Of a DNA stretch of 64,000 nucleotides, positions 49,603-59,036 are shown piece by piece. The position numbers and the translations under genes are program-made. Numbering within the stretch: position 1 is the first letter of the stretch; the number at the start of each line of letters is the position of its first letter. The notes beneath the pieces were generated by a model. It was not told the origin of the DNA. It searched no databases and saw only the letters and a program-made list of their open reading frames with translations. Location of the stretch: assembly GCF_055900595.2 (NCBI RefSeq), contig NZ_CM148325.1; one strand, 5' to 3'.

Positions 49603-52362
49603 TCATTCTTCAGATGAGTTATAATCTCCTGGCTGGTAATTGAGTACATAAACGTTTATTTGTCGTCCCTGAATACGTGGTGATTTTCTTTGGTATCCAC
49701 GACCGCTGTTTGGTGGGGTTAGCATCCCGGCTTTTTTCAACACTTCAGCAAACTGTTTTGCGTTGAAACCACATGCGATCTCCTTTTCAAATGTGGCCGG
49801 GAATGTGTAGAAAATCATTGGGCTTTCGTCATGTTCTCCACGCTGACGGTATCCGGCTAAATCTTTGATGGGCAAATCTGCCGGGCTGTATGGAAATGGT
49901 GCAAAACGGCTAAGCCCATAGGCATTAAGAAATGCCTCCGTTTGTTCAATAATCTGCTGATGTTCTTTGTTACCTGTGCCGAACTCGCGCAACCATGCGT
50001 TATAGCTGTGCTGTATCGCATCACGGCATGTCTGAGCATCCCAGCCTGTTACAACCTCGCCTAACAGCAATGCGGCCTCCAGAATGGCAAATCGCGCGGC
50101 TACACGGTGAACCTGCTCACCATAATCGGATGGGATCAGGCTTCTCCATCTGCTTTCGCAATCACGAACGGTTTTAATAGCCTGTTGCTGGTGGTCTGCC
50201 AGCCATTTAATCCACTCACGCCCGGACGCGCCGTGGTGATGCTGGTAAGCGTCTTTCAGTGCGTCTGCGTGCTGTTTTCCGTTCTGGTAATCGTGAAAGC
50301 GTACTGCTTTACTCAACGGAATATTCAGCAGTCGCACCAGTTGCCCGGCTTTGGTTTTTCGCCCGGAAGTAGCGATAAATGTTTCTAAATCCATTTCTCC
50401 GGTGCTGATTGCCACTGTACGCCAACGTTTTAGATCCCGGTTTCCACCATCTTTAGCGCCTTGCAGTTTCCCTACACCGTTAAATAACGCATAGGCAGAC
50501 TGTGAAACGCTGACAGGATCAGCGCCCTGACCAACTTCATCAAGCGGCATTAGTCCGTCATTGTGGGCGGCGGCCTCATTTGCCAGCCCCAGCGCGGTTC
50601 CGTACCACGTCAGCCGCAGTAAATCAGGGTTGCCGTATAAGCTGCTCGCCACGTTTGCCGTGGTGGTCTTACCTGCGCTCGACTGCTCATAGAAATGAAT
50701 GCCGAACCCGTCAGCGCCCACCAGCCCAATCAATGGCGCTGCCAGTGCTGCGCCGATCCCGGTCATCATTGAATAGTTACCAAAGGCCAGACGCGCCACG
50801 TTATCACGCCAGCTTTTCGCGCTCCCTGAGACGGTATATCCGGCTGCGGCTGAGCTTCTCCCGCTGAACAGCACAGGATTTTCAGGTGTTCCGATGATTT
50901 CCCCATCAGGCATGATGTACGCTCCGCATTGCCAGCCAGTGGCATGAGCAACACGCCACAATTCACGAGAGCCACTGCGTTGTAGCCAGTCTGCCAGTAT
51001 TGCTCTGAGGCTGCTTTTGGTCGTGACATTTACCCCACCAGCTTTAAGTGTGCGCCATCCTTCACGTTCACCAATATCAGCCAGTGGAATGGCAGCGGTT
51101 GTCGGCGTTTCAGAACCAAACGACAGCCAGCGAAGAATGAGATACTGGTCTTTATCGTCTCTGCCAGTACCGATAACGCTTAACGGAGAACATAACCAGC
51201 TTTCGTTATTGATGATTTCTCCACTCTGGCTGTCAGCTCTCGGAGATACCCAATAAATACCATCCTCGCGGCTTTCTATTCTTGGTTTCAGTGGGTCGGT
51301 ATCCATAACCTTAAAATCGCTTCCCTCAATGGTCTGTGGCTCCTGTTTCACGCCATTACCCTGTGGTTGGTACATTGACTTATTGAACGCTTCTGTGGCG
51401 CATTTAATGCCGTGTTTTTGGTGGTAATCATTCCAGTCTGCTTTGTGATCTGTCGGGGGTAATGCCACCCATCCAGAAACAGATAAAGCTGCTTTTTCTG
51501 CTGCTATTCTCCCCGTGTTTTGTCTTCCTTCGCTGTGGTCGTTATCCGCAGCAATGATGATTTGTGCTGAAGGATATTTATCCCGCAGTACCTGGGCGAC
51601 ATATAACAGGTTCCCGGCATCAATCGCCGCCACTGTCAGCGCCTCTGGACGAATTAAATGGGCAGATAATGCCGTTGCCAGCCCTTCTGCGATTAAGATG
51701 CTCTGTGTTGTTTCTGGTGCGTTTATGGCGTGATATGCCCCCCGCTTTGCTGAACCTGTCAGGAGTCTTTTTTCACCATGTGAGGTAATAGTCTGTGCTG
51801 CTGTGACTGCGCCGGATTTATCCACCAGCGCCAGCAACAGAGATCCATCGGGCAACACGGGGAATGTAAAATCACCTACCCCTTTCGCAACCAGATAATC
51901 AGATTTGCCGTTTACAGCCTTTCTGCGCATGTCATCAAACTGACGGGAAAACGTATCCCGTCTTTGTTGTTCGTCCTTCTCTGCCCTTTTCAGGCGCTCC
52001 TGTTCGCGTCGCTGGCGCTCGGTTTCCAGTTGTTCCCGTTTCTGGCTGGTGGCTTCTGGTGTTTCCGTTGTCCGGTAATCAATACCCAGAACATCAGCGG
52101 CAAGAAGCGCCGCCTCTGTTGTGTCGCAGTTATTTACGCGTTTAATTAAATCCAGCCCATCACCAGCGCCGCACTGATTACAGATGAAGCTACCGCGCCC
52201 GTTGTCATCGAACCGGAATCGATCTTTGCCCCCACATGCAGGGCAGGGAGCATGACGGCGCGGAGAGTCAGGGACATTTATGTTCAGGCAGCCCAGCACA
52301 TGAGGCCAGTTGTTTTCAGACGCACTGATAACCTGACGGATAAGATCAATGTTTCGCATCAC
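49603..52362 (-). CDS. Primase-helicase (P4 alpha-like: Zn-binding primase + TOPRIM + P-loop NTPase)
   Basis: 919 aa; N-terminal zinc ribbon (CPACGGKDRFRFDD...CNQCGAGDGLDLI), TOPRIM-like acidic region (IIIAADNDHSEGRQNTG), Walker A-like SSAGKTTT. Confidence 0.85.
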   Translation of the reverse strand: MMRNIDLIRQVISASENNWPHVLGCLNINVPDSPRRHAPCPACGGKDRFRFDDNGRGSFICNQCGAGDGLDLIKRVNNCDTTEAALLAADVLGIDYRTTETPEATSQKREQLETERQRREQERLKRAEKDEQQRRDTFSRQFDDMRRKAVNGKSDYLVAKGVGDFTFPVLPDGSLLLALVDKSGAVTAAQTITSHGEKRLLTGSAKRGAYHAINAPETTQSILIAEGLATALSAHLIRPEALTVAAIDAGNLLYVAQVLRDKYPSAQIIIAADNDHSEGRQNTGRIAAEKAALSVSGWVALPPTDHKADWNDYHQKHGIKCATEAFNKSMYQPQGNGVKQEPQTIEGSDFKVMDTDPLKPRIESREDGIYWVSPRADSQSGEIINNESWLCSPLSVIGTGRDDKDQYLILRWLSFGSETPTTAAIPLADIGEREGWRTLKAGGVNVTTKSSLRAILADWLQRSGSRELWRVAHATGWQCGAYIMPDGEIIGTPENPVLFSGRSSAAAGYTVSGSAKSWRDNVARLAFGNYSMMTGIGAALAAPLIGLVGADGFGIHFYEQSSAGKTTTANVASSLYGNPDLLRLTWYGTALGLANEAAAHNDGLMPLDEVGQGADPVSVSQSAYALFNGVGKLQGAKDGGNRDLKRWRTVAISTGEMDLETFIATSGRKTKAGQLVRLLNIPLSKAVRFHDYQNGKQHADALKDAYQHHHGASGREWIKWLADHQQQAIKTVRDCESRWRSLIPSDYGEQVHRVAARFAILEAALLLGEVVTGWDAQTCRDAIQHSYNAWLREFGTGNKEHQQIIEQTEAFLNAYGLSRFAPFPYSPADLPIKDLAGYRQRGEHDESPMIFYTFPATFEKEIACGFNAKQFAEVLKKAGMLTPPNSGRGYQRKSPRIQGRQINVYVLNYQPGDYNSSEE

Positions 52363-52717
52363 CGTACCCCACGTGGTCTATAGCGTTTGCGATATGGCTA
52401 ACCAGCATCTGCCACTTGGTTATTCCGTAATCAGTCAGCATGCCATCATTGTTTAGCCACATATCAAATTCAGCGGTTGTCGCAAGTTTCCACTTATCGC
52501 CGTGGGCAGTCCTCATTGCTGGGTACATGAATGCGCAAATCAGATCACAAACATCTGACGGCTTCAGAGATGTAGTAATGATGCGTCCCTCTGGCGTCTG
52601 AATTGCCATTTTCTCTTCACCAGTAGAATGAAGGTTATGAATCCACACAGCACCAGCAATCTTTGCCACCTGCTCTCCGATTGCGGAGCTAAGCGCCATT
52701 TCTGCATTTTCACGCAT
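52346..52717 (-). CDS. Hypothetical protein (123 aa)
   Basis: ORF with overlapping stop/start coupling in a run of small minus-strand genes. Confidence 0.4.
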   Translation of the reverse strand: MRENAEMALSSAIGEQVAKIAGAVWIHNLHSTGEEKMAIQTPEGRIITTSLKPSDVCDLICAFMYPAMRTAHGDKWKLATTAEFDMWLNNDGMLTDYGITKWQMLVSHIANAIDHVGYGDAKH

Positions 52718-53051
52718 GAGAACCTCCCGCTACAGTTGCGCCCATGTCATTAACCATGCTTTGCCATATCTCACGCCCGACGTCAGTCAATCCGTCCTTA
52801 GTGACGCAACGATCAAGAAGCTCGATCCCCACGGTTTCCCACTGCGGGTAGAACACTTTCATGGCTGCCAGTGTGTAGCTATCGATCAGGCTGCGAACGC
52901 CTTTTACTCCATTGACGATTTCCACACGGACGGCCTCGCCGTCCGCATCAACCATGAAATAGTCCCCGCCGCTGGTGGAGGTAATGTGGTTATACAGTGC
53001 CGACGCATACTTATTTGCCAGCGCATTCAGTCGGAAATTTTTAGTAATCAT
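52710..53051 (-). CDS. Hypothetical protein (113 aa)
   Basis: ORF, coupled to neighbours. Confidence 0.4.
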   Translation of the reverse strand: MITKNFRLNALANKYASALYNHITSTSGGDYFMVDADGEAVRVEIVNGVKGVRSLIDSYTLAAMKVFYPQWETVGIELLDRCVTKDGLTDVGREIWQSMVNDMGATVAGGSHA

Positions 53052-53061
53052 GGTTCCATCC

Positions 53062-53664
53062 TCAGTGCGTCACTGGTTCCGCTGGCATGCCGTTTTCATT
53101 CAGTTCAGCTATAAAGCTGTTGTGAAGTTCAGCAAGCGTTTCACGACCAAATGGAGTCAGTGCTCCTTGTTCCACATCCATCATGGCTCTGTAGAAAATG
53201 ATGGCGCGTTCTGTGCCAGACTCGATGCCAAAACGTTCTATCATCGCGCCCTCAATGTTGTTTGCCATAGCGAGGCGCTCTGCTACTGGATACAGCGGCA
53301 TGGCGACGATGCCGTTGGAATAAACAGCCACTTCGGAAGGGTTGCCAGTATCATCAATGATGCTGACAGTGCCGTTTTCCTCTCTCATTTCCAGCATGAA
53401 TACTGTTGCGATCAGCCATCTCCACATAATGACGTTATGCTGTGATGTGTAATCGAAATATCCCTGGTTGCCGCCATCGGCTATAGCGAGATGTATTGAC
53501 ATACCTTCATCTGGTTTATCGTCATAATCCCCGGCATCCAGACGATTTACGGCATCAATATATGAGACGGCCTCAACGCGTTCTGTCATGCCATCGTTGC
53601 TGCGGTACATGATGTTTACGCCGTCAGGCGTTGCTTCTGCATGGAAAGTTAAGAAATTATTCAT
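53062..53664 (-). CDS. Hypothetical acidic protein (~200 aa)
   Basis: Start taken at MNNFLTFHAEAT (GAGGCGA SD); the longer 235-aa ORF overlaps the upstream gene. Confidence 0.4.
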   Translation of the reverse strand: MNNFLTFHAEATPDGVNIMYRSNDGMTERVEAVSYIDAVNRLDAGDYDDKPDEGMSIHLAIADGGNQGYFDYTSQHNVIMWRWLIATVFMLEMREENGTVSIIDDTGNPSEVAVYSNGIVAMPLYPVAERLAMANNIEGAMIERFGIESGTERAIIFYRAMMDVEQGALTPFGRETLAELHNSFIAELNENGMPAEPVTH

Positions 53665-53878
53665 GTTTCGCCTCGCCTGAATGATTCTGTAACTCATATT
53701 TGCCCAACAATTCGTCTGCTTCCTGAATAGCTTCTGGTACGCCATTGAGCAGTGACATAACCGCGCCAATCATTAACTTGTCTCTGTTGCTGGGGCTGGC
53801 CCCTTCAAGCCAGAACCCTAAAACAGTCTGAACCTGTTCGATGCGACATTGTGCTTCAATGAGCTGGATGTTGGTCAT
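53657..53878 (-). CDS. Hypothetical small protein (73 aa)
   Basis: ORF, coupled. Confidence 0.35.
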   Translation of the reverse strand: MTNIQLIEAQCRIEQVQTVLGFWLEGASPSNRDKLMIGAVMSLLNGVPEAIQEADELLGKYELQNHSGEAKHE

Positions 53879-54138
53879 TTCGCACTCTCCGCATCGATTA
53901 AACTGATATCTATCAGAGAGGTAACTTTTTGTAGCCAGCTAGTGATTACTGTCGCCTGTTCCCCTCCCACCGATGGAAGAATCTCATTCATCACATGAAG
54001 CAGACCTGTGCGCGCCCTGGTAAGCCGTTCAGTCGTGCGATCTGCAAGAGTGAATGTGTCTGGATATGGCTCTTCACGGCTCAGCAATGATTCAATTTCC
54101 AGCTCACACGGATGACGATAAATTAAGTTGATATTCAT
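53875..54138 (-). CDS. Hypothetical small protein (87 aa)
   Basis: ORF, coupled. Confidence 0.35.
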   Translation of the reverse strand: MNINLIYRHPCELEIESLLSREEPYPDTFTLADRTTERLTRARTGLLHVMNEILPSVGGEQATVITSWLQKVTSLIDISLIDAESAK

Positions 54139-54329
54139 TTTTCACCACCAAGAATTACCAGCTCTGCACGAGCATCGTTAACCAAAGATGAGCACGCTTT
54201 AATCGCATCCACGACATCAGCAGCGTCCATTTCTTCAGCCGAAAGACTGACAGCAACCAGGACAGCCGCTGCTTGCTCGATTAATTGAAGTGCGGACGTA
54301 AGTCGAGGGGCATTAATTGAGTTATTCAT
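54135..54329 (-). CDS. Hypothetical small protein (~64 aa)
   Basis: Start taken at [10 protein letters not shown]; Ala-rich helical. Confidence 0.3.
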   Translation of the reverse strand: MNNSINAPRLTSALQLIEQAAAVLVAVSLSAEEMDAADVVDAIKACSSLVNDARAELVILGGEK

Positions 54330-55389
54330 TGGTTGCCCCCGTTTTTCCTGGCATTTCGCCACCTTCCAGCAGGAAATGAACGTCACGAACGGCGAGATCC
54401 AATATCGCGAGTAACGCCTTCAGTCTTTCGTCTCGTGAGGGAGAGTTGCTCACCAGAATGTCGTTAATCACTTCTGTCAGTGTGATGATCTGGCTTGTGC
54501 GTTCGAGGGGATCCATATGCACATCGTAGGTTTTAATCATGTGCCACCTCCATGCGGATACGACCAGCAAAAAAGCAGACGTGATCGCGCACCAGAGAAC
54601 GGCGAGCATCGCGTTCAGACTCGGCAGCAATATGATGAATTTTGGCGGTAATTGTCGGGCAATCGCGGCGAACTGCGGCGATAATCCAGATAAATTGCGG
54701 TTTTTGGGTAGGGGTAGTAGCCAGCATGTGGCAGCCTCCTTGTACTGGGAATTCTTCCCACCACCGGAGCTGCGAAACTCGCTGGTGGTGGACTGAACAG
54801 AGTTCGCAGTACCGGCGTACAAGGAAACCGGCCAGCCTTTCGGCTGCCCTGTCCAGCCCACCATAATTTTGCAAGCGACGCGGATTATAACCACATCACT
54901 GAAAAAAGTGTGAGTCTGGCTAACGGCACAAAAAAAGACGCTCGGCGCGTCATGTGTCGCCTCGTACATTTCCGGGCTGCGAAACCCGGCACCCGTTTTA
55001 TGAGGTGCCTTATAACCATAAACCGTGTTGCCGCATAACGGCAAGCTCTTTTTTATGGACTCCGAAAACTCACTATTGGAAGAACCAGAAGCACAGTACA
55101 TCGCGCTCATTTCGTTAACGTCACGCGCGTGGACGAATGTTTTTGTGGAGTCACTACACGAGCGGAAGACATCATCTACGACCAGAAATTTTCTGGCGCA
55201 GCCGCTGACCTTCTCAAGGCTAATATCATCGCCCGAGATTTCTGGTATGGTTAAGGCATCCGTTCCGGCCACCAGCAAATGATAAACTTTGCTTGTATCT
55301 GCTGTATTAATGCCTGACTTTGCCGTCATATTTCTGGATTTTGGCGACATACCAGCCAGTGAAAATGTCTTCTTCTGGATGGGTATCAT
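54322..55389 (-). CDS. Uncertain ORF (355 aa); may be two genes, with an internal start at 54540 behind a strong GGAGGTG SD
   Basis: Continuous frame, but upstream two-thirds is low-complexity and a well-placed SD+ATG at 54540 suggests a separate 73-aa product ([19 protein letters not shown]...). Confidence 0.3.
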   Translation of the reverse strand: MIPIQKKTFSLAGMSPKSRNMTAKSGINTADTSKVYHLLVAGTDALTIPEISGDDISLEKVSGCARKFLVVDDVFRSCSDSTKTFVHARDVNEMSAMYCASGSSNSEFSESIKKSLPLCGNTVYGYKAPHKTGAGFRSPEMYEATHDAPSVFFCAVSQTHTFFSDVVIIRVACKIMVGWTGQPKGWPVSLYAGTANSVQSTTSEFRSSGGGKNSQYKEAATCWLLPLPKNRNLSGLSPQFAAIARQLPPKFIILLPSLNAMLAVLWCAITSAFLLVVSAWRWHMIKTYDVHMDPLERTSQIITLTEVINDILVSNSPSRDERLKALLAILDLAVRDVHFLLEGGEMPGKTGATNE

Positions 55390-55565
55390 TGGTTAACCTC
55401 CGCGAACTCCTTCATGAAACGCGCCAGCGGTTGTACGCATGGCGATTGATACCCGTCGCGATAAAACGTCACTCGGTTGTGAGACACGCTTTCGACAGTA
55501 ACGAGTGCTCCGTGGGCATCTTTGTAGCGTTTTTGAGGTTGTGGTGTTCCTGTCGGCTTAAACAT
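55386..55565 (-). CDS. Hypothetical small protein (~59 aa)
   Basis: Start taken at MFKPTGTPQPQ with GGAGG SD; the longer 88-aa ORF overlaps the upstream gene. Confidence 0.35.
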   Translation of the reverse strand: MFKPTGTPQPQKRYKDAHGALVTVESVSHNRVTFYRDGYQSPCVQPLARFMKEFAEVNQ

Positions 55566-56391
55566 GGACCGCCTCCAGACGCTTGGCGAGCCAGCGTTGC
55601 GACAGGCGGGTGAGTTCTCCTTTACGCTGCTCATATTCCATGCCCATATCAATTAACGTGATATTGGTGCTTTCGAGATATGAGAGGTGCTCAAGCTGTT
55701 CTGCGTTCATATGGTCGCGAGGTTCGCCAGAATAGCCATTTATCCGCGCCCACTGTTTAGCAGTTAGCCCACCAAGAACGATACGAGAAATCATATTGCT
55801 CTCGTTTGTGTAGTGGTGTTGCTGCGTCGTTTTACCCATCTCGGCACGGGCCATATTCAGCGCATCGCACATTGGCTTAAAGTTGTTTGCGGCACTGATA
55901 CGGGCTTTTAGCTGGCGACGATAGCGGGCGGCGATTTCAGGCACGCTACGCTGTAATTCTTCCTCGCACTGGATGAAATAACGGCGGATAGCGCGCCCCT
56001 GATCATTGCGTTCGATCATTGCCAGTTCTTTCGCCATTCCGACACTTAACAGATAGTCTTTGCCGGGTCTGCCAGACTGCTTAATCTTGCTGTAAGCCGC
56101 GTCATTCGGGCTTTTCCCCAAATTTGGGGAAATTGTTTTATGGACTGAGTAATCGTGCCCAATGGTGAAGTCATATTCAGAGATGCGATCAGTGATCCAT
56201 GTAGAGAAGTCTTTTCCCACGCCCAACGCTTTGTGTAACGCTTTTGCGCTAACAATATTGGTTTCACGCCCACCGATATGACCAGGAATAACCGGGACAA
56301 TTGCGGCAAATTCATTACCGTTAATTGTGCCCAGAGAGGCGTTCAGATGAGGGGCAGCCTCAGAAATTAATCTGCTTTTTTCGATGTTCAT
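55558..56391 (-). CDS. Phage antirepressor-like protein (AntA/KilAC-type)
   Basis: 277 aa; LHKALGVGKDFSTWITDRISEYDFTIGHDY resembles the AntA N-terminal region (recalled); basic C-terminal helical region. Confidence 0.45.
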   Translation of the reverse strand: MNIEKSRLISEAAPHLNASLGTINGNEFAAIVPVIPGHIGGRETNIVSAKALHKALGVGKDFSTWITDRISEYDFTIGHDYSVHKTISPNLGKSPNDAAYSKIKQSGRPGKDYLLSVGMAKELAMIERNDQGRAIRRYFIQCEEELQRSVPEIAARYRRQLKARISAANNFKPMCDALNMARAEMGKTTQQHHYTNESNMISRIVLGGLTAKQWARINGYSGEPRDHMNAEQLEHLSYLESTNITLIDMGMEYEQRKGELTRLSQRWLAKRLEAVHV

Positions 56392-56403
56392 TTTCAGTCT
56401 CCG

Positions 56404-56835
56404 TTAGGCGGCGTTAAACGCGTCCGGGTAGAGTTTCAGAATGTCGGCAATTTCCTGCTGAGAAAGTCCGTTGTGATCATTTATGTTCGCAAGATGGTTA
56501 ACATGAGTGATCACTTTCAGAACATCACCACGGCAGGAGAAACGGTAGCGAAGGTGTGTTCCGATACCATCAGGATTCTTTTCGTCGATACGCTCCAGAG
56601 TGATTCCAAGCTGGCGTTCTAACTCTGTTGCATAGTTACGACCAGAAGACAGACGGCAGTAGCGAAGAATGTCATTTTCTGTCCATCCCTCTATACCAGT
56701 ACGCAGCATATAGACTCTGGCACGATGCTTTTTCGGTGTGCGCTTTGGTGCTTGAAGGGATTTTGTAAGGGGCGTAACATCAGATACACGAATATCTGAA
56801 TTAGCCGCCTGTAATGGGCGGTTTTTCTTTTCCAT
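56404..56835 (-). CDS. Hypothetical protein (143 aa)
   Basis: ORF between alpA and the antirepressor-like gene; its stop overlaps the alpA start. Confidence 0.4.
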   Translation of the reverse strand: MEKKNRPLQAANSDIRVSDVTPLTKSLQAPKRTPKKHRARVYMLRTGIEGWTENDILRYCRLSSGRNYATELERQLGITLERIDEKNPDGIGTHLRYRFSCRGDVLKVITHVNHLANINDHNGLSQQEIADILKLYPDAFNAA

Positions 56836-57038
56836 CAGGCCACCTCGTCTCTAGATTCTAATATACACTTCTCAATCCATTCATCTATTTCAGACTCAAC
56901 AAAAGCAATTGCCCGACTTCCAATTTTTACCTGTTTAGGGAACCTCCCCTGACTAATAAGACGATAAATCCATGCTTTGCTATAACCAGTTCGCCTTTGA
57001 ACTTCAGAGAGACGAATTAATGAATTGTAATTAGCCAT
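56835..57038 (-). CDS. alpA: AlpA-family phage transcriptional regulator / excisionase-like protein
   Basis: 67 aa; LIRLSEVQRRTGYSKAWIYRLISQGRFPKQVKIGSRAIAFVESEIDEWI is the AlpA HTH signature. Confidence 0.85.
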   Translation of the reverse strand: MANYNSLIRLSEVQRRTGYSKAWIYRLISQGRFPKQVKIGSRAIAFVESEIDEWIEKCILESRDEVA

Positions 57039-57466
57039 TTATTAATATCCTGTACTAATGACGCAATAACCCCCTCCTGCAACGAATGGCGAGAGTTTTA
57101 TTTGCGTCAAATGTCGAATACGCCAAAGACCACAATATGAAAAACATATTGCGGTCTTTTATAAAAGATAGTCAGATTGTTTTGGTTTGTTTGCTCCACA
57201 AGGGTAGAGCTACCCTGCATTTCGGCAGGATCACGCTATTAGGCGTGACATCCAGTAGTTTTAAAGAACAATTGCGCTTTGTCAGCGCCAAAGCCTGTTA
57301 AAGAACATTCCGCTTTGTCAGCGACGTAGAAGGCTCAATACACCTTCGTTTATAAAAGAGCGATTGCCCTTCTCCAGGGCTAACTGTTAAATAGCAATCC
57401 TCTGTGAGTTTTTATCAATCTACTCCCCTATACTTTAGTAAACCTCTGTATACTTGTCCAGTTGTT

Positions 57467-58681
57467 TCATGCGTGTTTTTCAAACACCATATGCACCACA
57501 TTTCCGCCATGCTCGAGAGAATCCATATAGTCGGCATACCATTGAAGCATCTCCCGCCTTCCATCCAGATATTGCGCATGGTTGTATGTGCCACGAATTG
57601 AGTTCTTATCAACGTGAGCGAGCTGCGTTTCTATCCACGCGGTGTTATAGCCCTGCTCATGCAAAATCGTACTCATAGTGTGCCGGAACCCATGACCAGT
57701 TACACGTCCAGCGTAGCCAATGCGCTTAAACACTTGGTTTATGCTGGCCTCGCTCATTGTTTTCCTTGGATCATTGCGCCCGGGAAACATAAGAGGGTAA
57801 TTGCCTGTTATTTCTCTAATCTTCCCAATAAGCGAAAGAGCCTGCTCAGACAATGGCACAATATGAGGCCGCCGCATTTTCATACGTGAAGCGGGTATCT
57901 CCCAGATAGCCTTGTTGAAATCAATTTCATCCCATAATGCGCCACGTAGTTCGCCAGTCCGCAAGCCGGTGATAATCAGTAGACGAGCCGCCATAACAAC
58001 CAATGCGCTTCCTGAGTAACTGGACAATGCCTTGAAAAAATCAGGTAATTCTTTGGCTGTAAGGAAAGGGTAATGATTAGATTCATGGCCTTGCATCGCG
58101 CTAGTAAGGTCTGGTGCAGGGTTATACTCTGCGCGACCAGTGACTATTGCATAGCGGAAAACTTCCCCGCACCGTTGCCTCACTTTTTTGGCTTTTTCTG
58201 TAGCACCGCGCCCCTCGATGCGACGCAGCACATTCAGAAGTTCAAGTGGTTTGATTTCGGCGATGGGTTTTTTGCCAATGTAAGGGAACACATCTTTGTT
58301 GAAGGCTTCGAGGATGTCTGAAGCATAACCAGCAGACCATTTTTTTAATTTGCTGCTGTGCCACTCAAGGGCAATATCTTTGAAGGTGTTGTTTAACTGC
58401 GTTTCCCGGGCAATCTTTTCCTCTCGTTTCGCTTCCATCGGATCGATACCACCAGCGATACCTCTTTTCGCATCTTCACGTTTTGCCCGAGCATCGGCTA
58501 GAGTAACCTCAGGATAAACACCTAGTGCCAATAGCTTCTCTTTACCAGCTACACGATATTTAAGTCGCCAGTATTTACCTCCATTAGGTTTTACCAAGAG
58601 ATACAAACCGCCACCATCGGCCAGCTTGTAAGCCTTCTCTTTTGGCTTGGCTGTGTCTATTTGACGGGCATTGAGTTTCAC
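57467..58681 (-). CDS. int: P4-type tyrosine integrase
   Basis: 404 aa; N-terminal MKLNARQIDTAKPKEKAYKLADGGGLYLLVKPNGGKYWRLKYR; catalytic region HGFRHT...(Y); directly downstream of thrW, same orientation. Confidence 0.9.
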   Translation of the reverse strand: MKLNARQIDTAKPKEKAYKLADGGGLYLLVKPNGGKYWRLKYRVAGKEKLLALGVYPEVTLADARAKREDAKRGIAGGIDPMEAKREEKIARETQLNNTFKDIALEWHSSKLKKWSAGYASDILEAFNKDVFPYIGKKPIAEIKPLELLNVLRRIEGRGATEKAKKVRQRCGEVFRYAIVTGRAEYNPAPDLTSAMQGHESNHYPFLTAKELPDFFKALSSYSGSALVVMAARLLIITGLRTGELRGALWDEIDFNKAIWEIPASRMKMRRPHIVPLSEQALSLIGKIREITGNYPLMFPGRNDPRKTMSEASINQVFKRIGYAGRVTGHGFRHTMSTILHEQGYNTAWIETQLAHVDKNSIRGTYNHAQYLDGRREMLQWYADYMDSLEHGGNVVHMVFEKHA

Positions 58682-58712
58682 TTGGGGGTACCTCCACTAA
58701 ACCGAACAGCAA

Positions 58713-58734
58713 ATACCCCCATAAGTACCCCCAT
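58713..58734. repeat. Putative integrase arm-type site (ATACCCCCATAAGTACCCCCAT), int-proximal end
   Basis: Direct repeat of 38206-38227 (1 mismatch); an inverted GTACCCCCAA copy at 58683-58692. Confidence 0.45.
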
Positions 58735-58846
58735 CTGACCGTAGATTTTGAGGGACTTTAGTAGACGTCAAAAGACGAACGGGGCTTTAATACGCGGATT
58801 ATAAGGGGTTTTGAAAGACTTTAGTAGACTTGGGGAGATGTTTGAA

Positions 58847-58922
58847 TGGTGCCGATAATAGGAGTCGAACCTACGACCTTCGCATTACGAATGCGCTGCT
58901 CTACCAACTGAGCTATATCGGC
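58847..58922 (-). tRNA. thrW: tRNA-Thr (anticodon CGU), thrW; integration site
   Basis: 76-nt minus-strand sequence GCCGATATAGCTCAGTTGGTAGAGCAGCGCATTCGTAATGCG...GGCACCA folds as a cloverleaf with CGT anticodon and CCA end. Confidence 0.9.
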
Positions 58923-59036
58923 CCTGAAAGGACATGTTCACGAACGTGAATCACGGTGGACAAGGTTAAAACTAACCGGGCGATGCGTCAATGGCCTTGT
59001 GAATCAAATGGCTACTTTTGCATCACCCGGTTTTAT

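Larger units (their letters stand above)
38145..58846 (-). mobile_element. P4-like integrative element (~20.7 kb) at thrW: int, alpA, primase-helicase, iteron origins, podovirus-like internal-core module, accessory genes
   Basis: Bounded by the thrW 3'-end direct repeats; P4-type integrase just downstream of the tRNA in the same orientation; almost all genes on the minus strand. Confidence 0.75.

Noticed and set aside
54533-54874. 113-aa minus-strand ORF in an alternative frame within the 355-aa ORF region
   Set aside because: Starts at TTG without SD; Trp/Arg-rich composition looks like an off-frame translation.
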